From Amoebidium appalachense (taxonomy: Eukaryota; Protista; Ichthyosporea): DNA of 64,000 nucleotides. The stretch lies in contig CAVNZM010000005.1 of the NCBI GenBank assembly GCA_963693365.1, forward strand, positions 1-64,000, read 5' to 3'. The translations under genes and the position numbers were made by a program. This document shows, in pieces, positions 16,247 through 43,639 of the stretch. Numbering within the stretch: the stretch's first letter is position 1; each line of letters starts with the position of its first letter. The notes beneath the pieces were generated by a model that saw nothing but the letters and a program-made list of their open reading frames with translations, made no database searches and had not been told where the DNA came from.

Positions 16247-18199
16247 ATTAACAGCAGGCATACGTCACCGAACGTGTAATCTTTAAATCTTCAAAGCAAG
16301 TCGGGATGTTTGTTATTCTGGCTTTGCCTTTTTAAACATAAAGCCGGGCCTCAATGAGCCGAATGACCTCACAATAAAATTTATTCTACAACAATTCTGT
16401 CTCAAGTAACTGGCCCTGTTACAGGCCCATTACACCATGCAAACACGAAAAACCAGGCATGTTTTAGCAACACCAGCGGAGTCGAGATATATGACTTTAA
16501 AAAAAAATTGTTTTAGTTCAAAAGCGAGAGGGTCTAAAGCCTGCACATTTCTAGTTTAAGATCTAGTTCTATTGATTAAAAAAGAAATAGATTTCCCCAA
16601 AACGTATGTGGAAAAACCGACAAATTTTCACTAAAGGTCTCAAAACCCAAAAGTAGCTTGCAACCTCCTAGTCCCGCATGCAACATACCAGCCTTCGTAT
16701 TCAAAAAACCCAAACACCCTTTCCTTTAGCAAGTAGCTGACTTTCTCACCACCAAACGTAGATGGGGGTGGGGGGGAGTGCCCACGTTCACCCACACATC
16801 CCCACGGGCATTTGCCGGCCCATCAGGGGGGGTCCAAGAGGGGGGGGGGGGGGGGGTGATTCTATAGTGTGCATGTGTTGTGGAGGGAAAAAACGTGCAA
16901 AAACCCTCAGAATGGACGGATTTCGATGCAGTTTTTTTTTGTTTTCTTAATGGGAAGGTATGTTAATGCAAAGTACACACGTTGGAGTCCGTAGGATTTT
17001 TTCCCGACGGAGGGGGGAACGTGATCGGGGAATTTCAAGACGAAAAATCTAAAATCTCAATATCTGCCAAAACCCTCCGAATGGACGGGGGGGAGGAGGG
17101 GGGGGGGGGGGGGGGGGGGGGGGGAAGGGGGGGGGGGGGGGGGGGAGGCATCAAACGTGATGGCTCACACACCCCCACTGAAATTTGCTGGCCCCATAGG
17201 TGGGGTCCATAGGGGGGGGGGGGTCATTGTATAGTGTGCTTTTTTTTTGGGTGTGTGTGTGGGTGGGGGGTTACACATTGGGTGGTTATTTCCAAGGCAA
17301 TGGCAACGTCCCCCCCCCCCCCCCCCTCTCCCCGCCGCTGCGCTGCGGAAGATTACTCTGATCCACTCGAATCCTTTTGTCCCAAACACAGGCTTGCAGG
17401 ATAAGAAACTTTGCCTGCACCTTGCAAAGCTGGATGCCTATTTTGCATCAGAAGGGAACTTCGACCCCAGCCCCAGGCTTGAAGGTCGACGTGGCAATTG
17501 CCTAAAGTTCCTGCCGCTACAGCTGCAGTTGTTCCTAGCGGGCTTAACGCCTGCTGAAGCACGGGGGACTCCACGGGGGGATCTGCCTCTTCCAGTGAAA
17601 AGAATAATATTCCCATACAACAGCTGCTATATTCGACTGCAAGAAGGTGAGGAGGGAGTGTATCTTAGGGTGGTGGGGTGTAAGGAGTTTTATGGTCGGC
17701 GATCCGCACTGCAGTTTCAGGTATGGTTGGCGTATTTATTCAGGACGTACTGACAGAATAGTAAGTATAGCTCTAGTATAGCGTGATGATATTCTTAGGA
17801 GCTTCCTAAGGTATGCGATATATATCTTTGCGTTTTTTTGCGCTTTTTGTGCATTTTTTTATTTTTTTATTTTTTAATGTGTTTATTTAGGGTAAATTCC
17901 ACGCACCGGCCACTTGCTCCGCGCAGGCATTGCACCGTTTGCCAAGGTATCTCGCCTAATTTATAGGTACCTTAAATATTATTATAACTAAAACTTCTGT
18001 ATTTGGCGGTTGAATGCCCCAGTTTTACTTAAATTAGACGGATCATGATTGTAATGATAACAGTGCTTCGGATTCTGCTTTGCACCCCTCCAGTAAATCT
18101 TTGTTTCCATTGGCTATCAACGCCTCGCGCGCACCTGCGCGACGCCTTCATGTTTCATGTTTCAATAAAAGCGTACCTTGTGACGCCGTCATTGTGAAT

Positions 18200-19363
18200 G
18201 CAGGGTGAAATTCGATCCTAAAAAACAACCAATCAAAAACGTTGGAGTGATCTATCCCACAATCAAATGCGAAATCCCTTTTCCGGCCGTATATATTGAG
18301 CTAACCCGCGCATCATGGATCGTGGTCCTGGGTAATCGGCATTGACCGGGTGGTGAAGACGCCGTGGCTGAGGATAGCGATACGTGCAAAGTTTGCTTTT
18401 CTATCCCAGGGAACACTTAAAGATCATCTAAATCGATCCCATTAAAGCCTTAAAGAGGTCCTAAAGTAATCCTAACACAATACCTAATTGCAACTCTGAA
18501 CATCTTTAAGCTACCCCAAACAGGGCGTGAAGATCGCAGAAAGGTATCACCAATACTTGCCTAAGATTGCGTTAGCATATCACATGCACAGACATGGCCT
18601 GTCTTGAAGATATAATTTGGATGGCCAATAGCGCTACCAAAGAACTCTCCAAAGATCTCCTTAGATGATCCACTGCCTAGCTGTGATATATCCTGACGAC
18701 ATTCTAACGCAATCAGTTCGTTTCGCAAATGTTGCATGGCCATACGGGTTTAAGAGAGGATAAAGATTGTCCTAAGATCTCCGCAGTACATCTTTAACAT
18801 ATCTCTACGCCCATCCCACGAGCGCCTTGTGTCAACTTACTTGCGTGTATAATGCATCTTACACACATCTATATAATATGTATCGGTATCTCTCATAGAC
18901 ATACTGTAGAATGAGTGCAGACGTCTTTAGGACATCTGTTAACTACCCCATGTTCCGGGATGATAAAAATATGTCCTCAATCCGTCCAAGATATCTTTAA
19001 GACGTAAAAGACATGAAAACCCGAAAGACGTCTTTCATATATCCCGTATGCATCCGCAACCCATCAGACAATTTAATGGGGGGTTAAGGACATCTGGACT
19101 TGTGCTGATGGGTTTAAGTGCACTTCCAGGTGTCTGTATGACATCTTGTCAGACGACTTTACTACGTCTTGCAGATGTCCACTGTCTTGAATCCGTGCCA
19201 GACGTATTTAATATATATGGGATGTGTTTCAGACGCCTTGCCATCCTGCAATTCCGGGTTATCCTAAACCCGTCCTAAGCTATCTTTTAGATATATTAAC
19301 GACGATAGGACGTCCTAAAGTCGTACAAGACAGGTTTCGGATGGGAGGTGATCTTTGCTGATG
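18200..19363. mobile_element. GAYRTC-rich region ending in a conserved terminus (copy B); putative DNA-transposon end
   Basis: Many GACGTC/GACATC/GATGTC/GATATC-like hexamers. Ends AGACAGGTTTCGGATGGGAGGTGATCTTTGCTGATG, versus copy A AGATGGGTTTCGGATGCCGGATGAAGTTTGCTGATG. Confidence 0.55.
18225..18296 (+). promoter_or_regulatory. CCAAT box / TCCCACAATC / TATA promoter-like module (copy B)
   Basis: AACAACCAATCAAAA ... GTGAT ... TCCCACAATC-25 nt-TATATA, homologous to 8578-8660. Confidence 0.6.
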
Positions 19364-19890
19364 TGCCCGTTTCACATGCGAAGTGGTCCTTGCTATGCCT
19401 GTGTCCGTTTCACGTGCGAAGTGGCCCTTGCTATGCCACTGCTCGTTTCACGTGCGAAGTGGCCCCTGCTATGCCACTGCTCGTTTCATGTGCAAAGTGG
19501 CCCCTCCTATGCCACCGCCCGTTTTACGTGTCCCTGCTATGCCACTGCCCGTTTCACGTATGAGGTGGCCCTGCTATTCCTGTGCATTGTCCATTTCACG
19601 TGCGAAGTGGCCCCTGCTATGCCACTGCCCGTTTCATGTGCGAAGTGGCCCCTGCTATGCTACTGCCAGTTTCATGTGCGAAGTGGCCCCTGCTTTGCCA
19701 CTGCCCGTTTCACGTACGAAGTGGCCCCTGTTATGCCACTGCCCGTTTCACGTGCGATTGAAGTGGCCCCTGCTATTCCACTGCCTGTTCAAAGTCACGT
19801 GCGAAGTGGCCCCTGCTATGCCACCGCCCGTTTCACGTGATAAGTGGCCCCTGCTATGCCGCTGCCCGTTTTACGTGCGGAGTGGCCCCT
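19364..19890 (+). repeat. 38-bp minisatellite, ~14 copies
   Basis: Unit GAAGTGGCCCCTGCTATGCCACTGCCCGTTTCACGTGC. Confidence 0.95.
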
Positions 19891-20313
19891 GGGGGGGGGG
19901 GGGGGGGGGAGGGGGGGGGACCCACCACCTATGAGGAACTCAATGCTTACTACTGCCCACCCCCCATTTCAAATTCAAAAATGCCTTGGTGGTGGTGGTG
20001 GTGGTGTTTGGGGCCGGGGGCGAAGGGGAAGGGGAAGGGGAAGGGGAAGGGGGGGAGGGGTGGGTGGGTGGGTTTTTTTTTTTGGGGGGGGGGAAGGGGG
20101 AGGCACAGAATGCGTGTTTAGACATGAGTGATGCAGCTGTTGCATCTATAATCCATTGTTAACACAGCAGTGCTGCTGTCTTCTTGTCAATGCCAAGGTT
20201 GGGTAAGCCATTGTGTTCAAGTTAACACACTTGTATCACGGTGAGCATACAGCTTAACTTGCAACCCATGGTGCAAATCTATGAATATGAATACATTGTA
20301 GCACGCACGCACA

Positions 20314-35920
<15,607 letters not shown>

Positions 35921-36611
35921 TCTGCCCCCCCGCGACAGTTATAAGGGCACGCAGACGGTCACAAACACGGTTTCTGTTTGCCTGCTCCAAGGCCCCGTTC
36001 CCAAGACACTGCCTACTATCCCTGCTGGCAAACTAACTGCGCAACTGAAAAGCAAGCCGTCGTCCTCTAACCGTGTCCCCCAACAAACCTCGAAACCACA
36101 TGTAATTCAGTGGCCAGGGCAACCCCCCTTCCCCCCCCCCCCCCCCCCCTCCCCCCCTCTTCTTCCCCTTCTCCAAAGTGCGCCAGTATGCCAACCCGCC
36201 TCCCTTGGTTTCACACACTTACACCAGCAAATACCCACACATACACAAGGGCAAACAAGGGGAGAGAGGACCGAGAGAGAGAAGTTGAGGGAGAGAAGGA
36301 AGCACACACTACACACGCAGTCACACCCACGCACATGCCCACACCTTCACAAGCAGACGCGCACGTAACTAATAATAGACGCCATAAATATTCAGCAGGC
36401 CCATAATCAAGCATAATCCCGCGGATCTTGTGTCCACAAGCATGCTCAGGCATGCTCACCGTGTAACCACCACGTATGCAAGCTTGAACACAAAAACAAG
36501 TGATTAAACCAAATAACAGTATAATAAGTGATCACACTTTAACTTTCTAATAACATTTAACAGCCCCCCCCCCCCCTCCCCCACGTGCTGTAAGAAATAA
36601 GCGAGTACTCA

Positions 36612-37356
36612 CCTCAAATACGCCGCTGCCGCGCAGGGCCTTCAGAAACGTTCCTTTACCTCGTCACCATAGCTCCAGTCGCGGCTATGAGTGTTTACAC
36701 CGAGCTACCTTTGTACCTGTCTACGCTGCAAGCTACTGTGTTTGCGCTATGAACCCTGGCAATAGCATGAGCAATATACAGCCAGTGGGCAGCTAAAAAA
36801 AACTAATTAGACCGTGTAAACCTGGGCAGTTACGAAAGCGAGCGGGGCTGGGTTGCAAGCAAAGCAAAGCACAAATATCCTGTGCAGCCCCCTGAGGAAA
36901 AGTGGTAGATCCCTGCAATGAACCCTGATAGCGCAGAGCGCACTTCTATCTCCCCCTATTCATACATCTAACAAACCGCACTGCAGGGCCCCTTTGCATC
37001 TTTACAGCGTAGGCTACAGTGACTCGTAAACCCGTAAACACTCGCTCCCAAGCCCTGTGTAACCGTTGTCTGGGGCCAAGCGGGTGCGCACAGTTGAGGT
37101 ATGGCCTGTGATGCCCGCTCAGCCAATCAGAACATGGAACGCGAAACAAAATATGAAAGAGCAATTTATAGGCTAACAGACGAATCATAATGTTTCATTA
37201 GATATTATCATGCGCCTGTTTAGCAGGTTGATAGTGCCTCCCCCTGGACCGTTTCTGCCTGGCGGCAGGCAGACTGCCATCTGTCGGCGCGTGTATATGT
37301 ATACTGTTGTGTACACAGAAAGGGGCCCCGCACTCATATCGGTCCCTGCAGCAACC
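36612..37356. promoter_or_regulatory. Probable shared divergent promoter / 5'UTR region of striatin and cyclophilin
   Basis: Repeat-free stretch between head-to-head genes. AGCCAATCAG at ~37121. A minus-strand donor GAG|GTGAGT at ~36612 implies a non-coding striatin exon. An acceptor CTGCAG lies just before the cyclophilin ATG. Confidence 0.5.
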
Positions 37357-37612
37357 ATGGCCAGGCCGCGGGCATATGTGGAGCTTTCTATGGGCCAGCA
37401 GCAGATATTCGAGGCACAGAAGGTGTGTGCTGGGTGACTCACCTTGCTCTCTTGCTCCCTCTGTCGTTCTCCCCTCCCTCCTTTCCTCCCTCCTTCCCTC
37501 TGTCCCCCGCCCCTGTTCACACCTGCCTTCCCTCCCTCCTGTGTTTCAGTCCCCCGCGCAACCCTCAAGCTACCTCCCTCTCTCCCCCTCTCCCTGTTTC
37601 TCTGTCCCTACC

Positions 37613-37656
<44 letters not shown>

Positions 37657-37857
37657 CCCCCCCCACTCCCCCTTTCCCTCTCTGTCTGCCCCCCCCTCCC
37701 CCTCTCTCTCTCTCTCTCTCCCTCCCTCCCTCCCTCCCTCCCCCCCCCCCTCCCTCCCTCCCTCCCTCGGTGCCCCTCCCCCCCCCACCCCCATCTATGT
37801 GTGTGCGTGCATGTTTGTGTGTGTGTCTGTTCCGCGCGCGCGCGCGTGTGTGTGTAT

Positions 37858-37889
<32 letters not shown>

Positions 37890-39030
37890 TCCCACTCCTT
37901 GTGTTATTTCTCTGCCTCTTCATGTATTCCCCACCCCCCCTCCCCCCTCCTCCTTCTCTCCCTCCCCTCCCCTTTCTCCCCCTCCCCCCAGCTTCATTAT
38001 GTCAACTACCATACTCACCCTAAGCACGCACTCTGCTTGCTTATCTAATGAAACAGAAACTGTTTTTTGTCTCTAGGTGGTTTCCTCGTTTCACAAGACC
38101 TTCCCCAACTCTGCGGGGCGGTTCGCTGCCAGCCTGCTCTTGATTTACTCTCACCGCCCGTTTCCATTCCTTCTTTCTTAGCCCTTTTCCTCAAGCTTCT
38201 TGAACTCTTTACCTTTCCACTGCTAGTAATCTCAACCTCTCTCTTTTCCCCGTGTGACTTCCTCTTATTCCCTGCCTTGCACTCGATATAGACCAGTGTA
38301 TACGTAGATTGGTGCAGCAGGCTGCTGGTGGCTGTGTGTTGTGGCCTTGTGAGCCCCCTCTATGTGTGACTTTGGGGCAGCTCAGCAGGGCGTGAGCCCA
38401 CTAACCAGGTGGGGTGCAGGTTGCATACGACGAGGTGTGCACGTTCCTGGCCAAGAATGGCGACACATACGCCCTGCCAAAGCAGCCCCAGGTGTGTGCC
38501 GCTACGGGCTCACAGAAGAGGGGAGGGGGGGGGGGGGGGGGATTGACACCTTAGTCTTGCAAAAAGGGGGATTCAAGAAGGCTGGAAGTGATCGGTTGGT
38601 GAGGGAGGGGTTGGAGAAAAAAAGAGGAGATGGGGGTTGGAGGCAGATATACAGGCCGGGTGAGGGGGGCTGCGACGGGGCTGAACTCTTAAGTAGGGAG
38701 AGTAAATATGCACGAGAGGAATGATTCGTTGTGCTTTTGTATAAGAAGGTTTTGGGGGGGGGGGGGGGGGGGGGCTGTGCTGAAGATGCTGTGGGCCACA
38801 GCAACTGGACGAGGGCCAGCGGGCCATAGTGGAGGAGGTGTTCAGAAACACAAAGGTGAGCACTGGTGCACACTGCATTCATAGTGGAGGGGGTGTTCAC
38901 AAACACAAAGGTGAGCACTGGTGCACACTGCATTCATAGTGGAAGAGGTGTTCACAAACACAAAGGTGAGCACTGGTGCACACTGCACCGTTGGCTGGGT
39001 GGGATTTGGAATTCAAACAGGTTGCTTGGG

Positions 39031-39061
<31 letters not shown>

Positions 39062-39719
39062 GGGGGGGGAGAGATCACAAGATACTGATGGGATAGAAGG
39101 TGTGAGGTGTACATGGGTGCTGGTTGTCTGTGTGTGTGGGCTTGTTTATGGGTGTGTGGTGTGTAAGTGTGGGTGGGTGGGGTGTGGACTTTGGTGCGAA
39201 TGCAAGTGTGTGAGGGAGCGCTGGTGTGGGAGCATGTGTATAAGATGTGTGTGTGAGGGAGAGGATGAAGTTTGTGTGTGCGGGTGGGTGGGTGGGTGGG
39301 TGGCCGATCGAGTACGGACCTCTATTGTTCGCGATGAAGTCATATTGGGTGTGGAGGTGTGAGTGGGCCCATGGGGTGACTCACCAGGCGGCAGGCAGCC
39401 CGGCACGAGTCTGCGGTTTGAGCCGCCAGTGCCGCTACTTGTGGGCCGGGTGGTGGTGGAGCTGTATGCGGCCGACTGCCCAAAGACCGTCGAGAACTTC
39501 ACAAAGGTACTCGCAGTCAATGCCTCAATATGCAACAGATCCCCCCCACCTACCCTCCCATCCCTTACTTCCAAGGTCTCCTGCCCCCCTCTCCCAATGT
39601 CTCCCCCCTCCATGTCTTTTTCCCCCTGAGGTCCGGCAAAGGCAATGCGAGTACAGATGCGCGTGCGCACACACACACACACACACACACGTACACGCAC
39701 ATGTGTGCTGGGGCGCGCG

Positions 39720-39762
<43 letters not shown>

Positions 39763-40716
39763 TTATGCTTGGGTGTGTTGTTGCTGACGATGTTTCTGCA
39801 GCTGTGCACGGGGGAGAAGGGCCAGGGAAGTGGGGGCAAGGCGCTGCACTACTTCAACTGCAAGGTGCATCGCATAGTCAAGGTGTGGGGAAATGATATG
39901 CGGCTATAGTGGCGGTCGTATGTGGACAGCTATGGATGAGCTGAGCGGTAGGGGTATCTTGTAGTTTGGTAATGGCGGGGTGTTGCAAACGCTATAGTCC
40001 ACCTACTGTCATCGGGCTAGGGTTTAGGTAACGATTGCATGCTAATCCCTAACCCTCAGCACTTTGCTGGCATGAGCATATGATGGGGCTGGTTGGTTGT
40101 AAGGCTGGCAGCAAAGAGTATGCTTGGGAGCTAGCTGCACTTGTGCATACTTGCATGCCCAGGCCAGGCACGGTGTGTGGCTGCAACCGTCAGATGGGAC
40201 TGCTGGGCAATACTGGGTGGATGGGGTATCATGTGCGTGGTGCAAACAACAATGGAGGGGGTATCAAGAATGGATGGGATATCATGTATGCATGGTGCAA
40301 GCAAGAGTGTATGGGGTATCATGTGCATGGGTAAACAAGAATGGATGGGATATCATATAAGCATGATGTAAACAAGAATGGATGGGGTATCATAGGCATG
40401 TTGCAAACAGCAATGGATGGGATATTATATAAGCATGATGCAAACAAGCGTGTTCTTGCGCAGGACTTCATGCTGCAGACCGGAGACATCACGCGGGGTG
40501 ACGGGTCGGGGGGGGAGAGCATCTGGGGCAAGAAGTTTAACGACGAGAAGGACGGCCTCAAGCACCCCCTGGAGGTGTGCATGCCCTTTATTGGGTTGGG
40601 GATTTTATTTGTTTGTTTCTTATTCTTTCTTTTTTTTTCTTTCCCCCCCCCTCCCCCCCCCCCCCCCCCCTTTTTTTTTTTTTTTCCCTCTCTTTGGAGG
40701 GGGCAAGGGGGAAGGG

Positions 40717-40755
<39 letters not shown>

Positions 40756-41953
40756 TGAATAGGAGACAGTGGCTGCAGGGTAGTGGAAATGTTCTCGGCA
40801 ATATGTGTGTGGGCCCAGAGATGGGTGGGTTGGTGGGCTGACACAGGATGCATGCACGTGGTGGGGGGCATGGGGCTGACACTGGTGGGGGGCAGAAAAA
40901 GGGGACGCTGGCCATGGCCAATGCCGGCAAGAACTCAAACACCTCCCAGTTTTTCCTGACCCTCAGAGACGACTGCTCACACGTATGTAATGCCCCAGCC
41001 ACACAGGCCCCACACACGCGCGTGCAAGCACACTCACCATGCACCACACACATACACACACACCATCCAGACATGCAAGCACACACACACCATTAGACCC
41101 ACACACACGCATGCAAGCACACACACACACCATTAGACCCACACACACACAAATGCAGGCACACACACGCAATTAGACCCACACACACACATGCAGGCAC
41201 ACACCATGCAGCATGTGCTGGGCACACACATGGGTGGTCTGCAGGTGACCAGCAAGTCCATTCTCACCTGGTGTATTCGTGCTGTGGCGGGCAGAACATA
41301 AAGTCCCACCACGTGCACATTGCAATCCAGCCGCTGCTGCTGCTTGGAAGAGGGAGAGGGGCCGACATATGGGAAAGAGAACATATGGAAGATAAGAGGG
41401 CTGTGTGGCTGGCTGGGTGCTGACGCTGTGCATGGGCTGGGCAGCTCAACAAGAAGCACGTGGTGTTTGGCCACGTGGTCGACGGCATGCACGTGCTGGA
41501 CAAGGTGTGTGGTGTGTGTGTGTGGGGGGGGGGGGGGGGATACCCCCCTTTCCCTTTCCCTTTCCAACCGCTTAAATATTTCCGACGTCCAGGCATGTAA
41601 ATAGAGATAACGCACCCCCCCCCCCCCCCCCCCCCCCACCCCCCCACCCCCCCCCCCCCCCCCAAAAAAAAACAAAAAAAAAAACATGCTGCTGTAGCTT
41701 AACTTCCGGCCCTCCTCACTGCTCTTGCCCGTGACGTCTGCTCTCGCATGGCCCTGCTCGTGTTCATGGTGTTGTCAGTCATGAATGTGTCCATCATTCT
41801 GCACCGAACCCCCCCCCCCTCCACCTCCCCTGTCGCTTCCTCCCTGGGCGCTATTTCTGATGCATACTTTTTGTGTGTCCAAGTCTGTGCGACGCTTTCC
41901 GTGATGGATGTGTACTTCATACAATGTAACTCATTCTAACCCCCCCCCCCCCG

Positions 41954-41993
<40 letters not shown>

Positions 41994-42087
41994 ACACACA
42001 CACACACAGATCAACCAGGAGGCAGCCACTGCTGATGGCACCCCTTCCATGCCTGTGTGGATTAGTGGCTGTGGCGTTCTCAAATAG
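37357..42087 (+). CDS. Cyclophilin-type peptidyl-prolyl cis-trans isomerase with an N-terminal insertion, 9 exons
   Basis: Exons 37357-37422, 38420-38491, 38802-38855, 39399-39506 ([19 protein letters not shown]), 39802-39882 (LCTGEKG..LHY..HRIVK), 40464-40574 ([21 protein letters not shown]), 40896-40982 ([18 protein letters not shown]), 41445-41504 ([14 protein letters not shown]) and 42010-42087. Confidence 0.93.
38825..38987 (+). repeat. 55-bp tandem repeat x3 spanning an exon-intron junction
   Basis: Units at 38825, 38880 and 38935 each contain ACACAAAG|GTGAGC. Confidence 0.93.
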
Positions 42088-42454
42088 CTTCTTAATGAAT
42101 ACATTTTAACCTTATGTGGAATGTGTACAGCCCTTCCGTACAGTTCGGCGCATACAACCTGGTTGTGGTGTATAGCTATAGTCTAGCCCTGACCTTGTGG
42201 CCTGTGACCAGTTACGAAGGCGTGTATGATAGTCCCTGTGGCAGGTGGCCACATTTTGGGGATGCAGATTTGGAAGTGCATGTATGCATGAACACAATGC
42301 ACACAGCTATATGCATGTTTACCTAGTGTGGGTACTGCAGCCCCACCTGTTTCCACCCCAGCCTAAATCAGGCATTGACCCTGTGTACTGCGTGAATAAA
42401 CTCTTTCTCGCCCGTGGTGTGGAGAACCTGTCTTTTCAATGTGTGGCTGGTGAA

Positions 42455-42826
42455 GTAGTGAATACATAAGAGTGTGGCGCATGTTGTGGTAGTGAATACA
42501 TAGAGTATGGTGAATGTTGTGGTAGTGAATACATAGAGGAGTATGGTGAATGTTGTGGTAGTGAATGCATCGAGTACTGTATGGTGGATGTTGTGGTGCA
42601 TGCACGTGGTGAATGCATCGTTTGAAAGTATGGTGAATGTTGTGGTGGTGAATGCATAAATCATGGTGAATGTTGTGGCATTGAATGCACTAAGTATGGT
42701 GATTAATATTGTTGTGGTATTGGATGCACAAAGTATGGTGAATGTTGTGGTATTGAATGCACTAAGGATGGTGAATGTTGTGGTGGTGAATGGATAAAGC
42801 ATAGTGAATGTCGTGGTGGTGAATGC
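42455..42826. repeat. Degenerate ~30-33-bp minisatellite
   Basis: Recurrent GTGAATGTTGTGGT..TGAATGCA. Confidence 0.8.
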
Positions 42827-43639
42827 ATCCTGCCAGCGTGATTCATCCACAGGTTGTGCGAGAAACCACAGCGCACCAATCAAGCAGGGCCTATCATGCC
42901 CCTCACAAACCGAGGCTGATTGGGCTACTGGTAACTGCAGTGAGGGGAAGGTCGGGTGTGCAGGAGCTGCGGGCAGCAGAAACGTGAGTTCGAGTGGGTT
43001 GACAGCTATGCCTTTGATCGGTCTCGAGCAACAGTGAGCTTGCATGTCCACACGGACCCTGCCATCCTTGCCCAGTGGTGCTTTGCATATTTGGTCTCCG
43101 CACTGGCCAGCAGTGGGTGTTGCTTGTGGCCGTAATATCACAAACAACTAAAGGAATATCTCAATCTCAAAAAAAAATTGTATGGACCAATAATTCCTGC
43201 GCGGCCGCACCGATTAGCCAAATGTAGAAGTTTGGGCGGGAACTCTTGGTGTGCATGCAAAACAAAAGTTTATGATAATATCAACAACTAAAAAAGGAGG
43301 AACATGGCGGCATGCACATACATGGGCATGGCAGTGGGCATGCCCAATAACTATTGCTATGTCTATATAGGCCTATCTGCTATGAAAAAAAAAATTGTTA
43401 GAACGGTTGGTTTCCATGGCCTTGCCGTCATCTACACTTTGCCGCCTCCCCCTACACGGTCGGCGTACAACAGGCCCAAGCAGTACAACAGAGCCAACCA
43501 CGTAACACTTCCCAGACATAGGGACCAGACACAAAAGAAACCAAGTGCTGTTGCCCGTGCATGCACGGCGTTCCCACATCTCTATTCCCTTCACATCCCC
43601 GCAACTAGTACTCCCAACCGCACCCCATGTTCTTAACCC

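Noticed and set aside
40016-40058. TTAGGG/CCCTAA-like fragments (also ~58277)
   Set aside because: Only 1-2 degenerate units, not an interstitial telomere
42830-43147. Non-repetitive part of minus-strand ORF 42368-43147
   Set aside because: No recognisable domain, and the ORF length is inflated by the adjacent minisatellite
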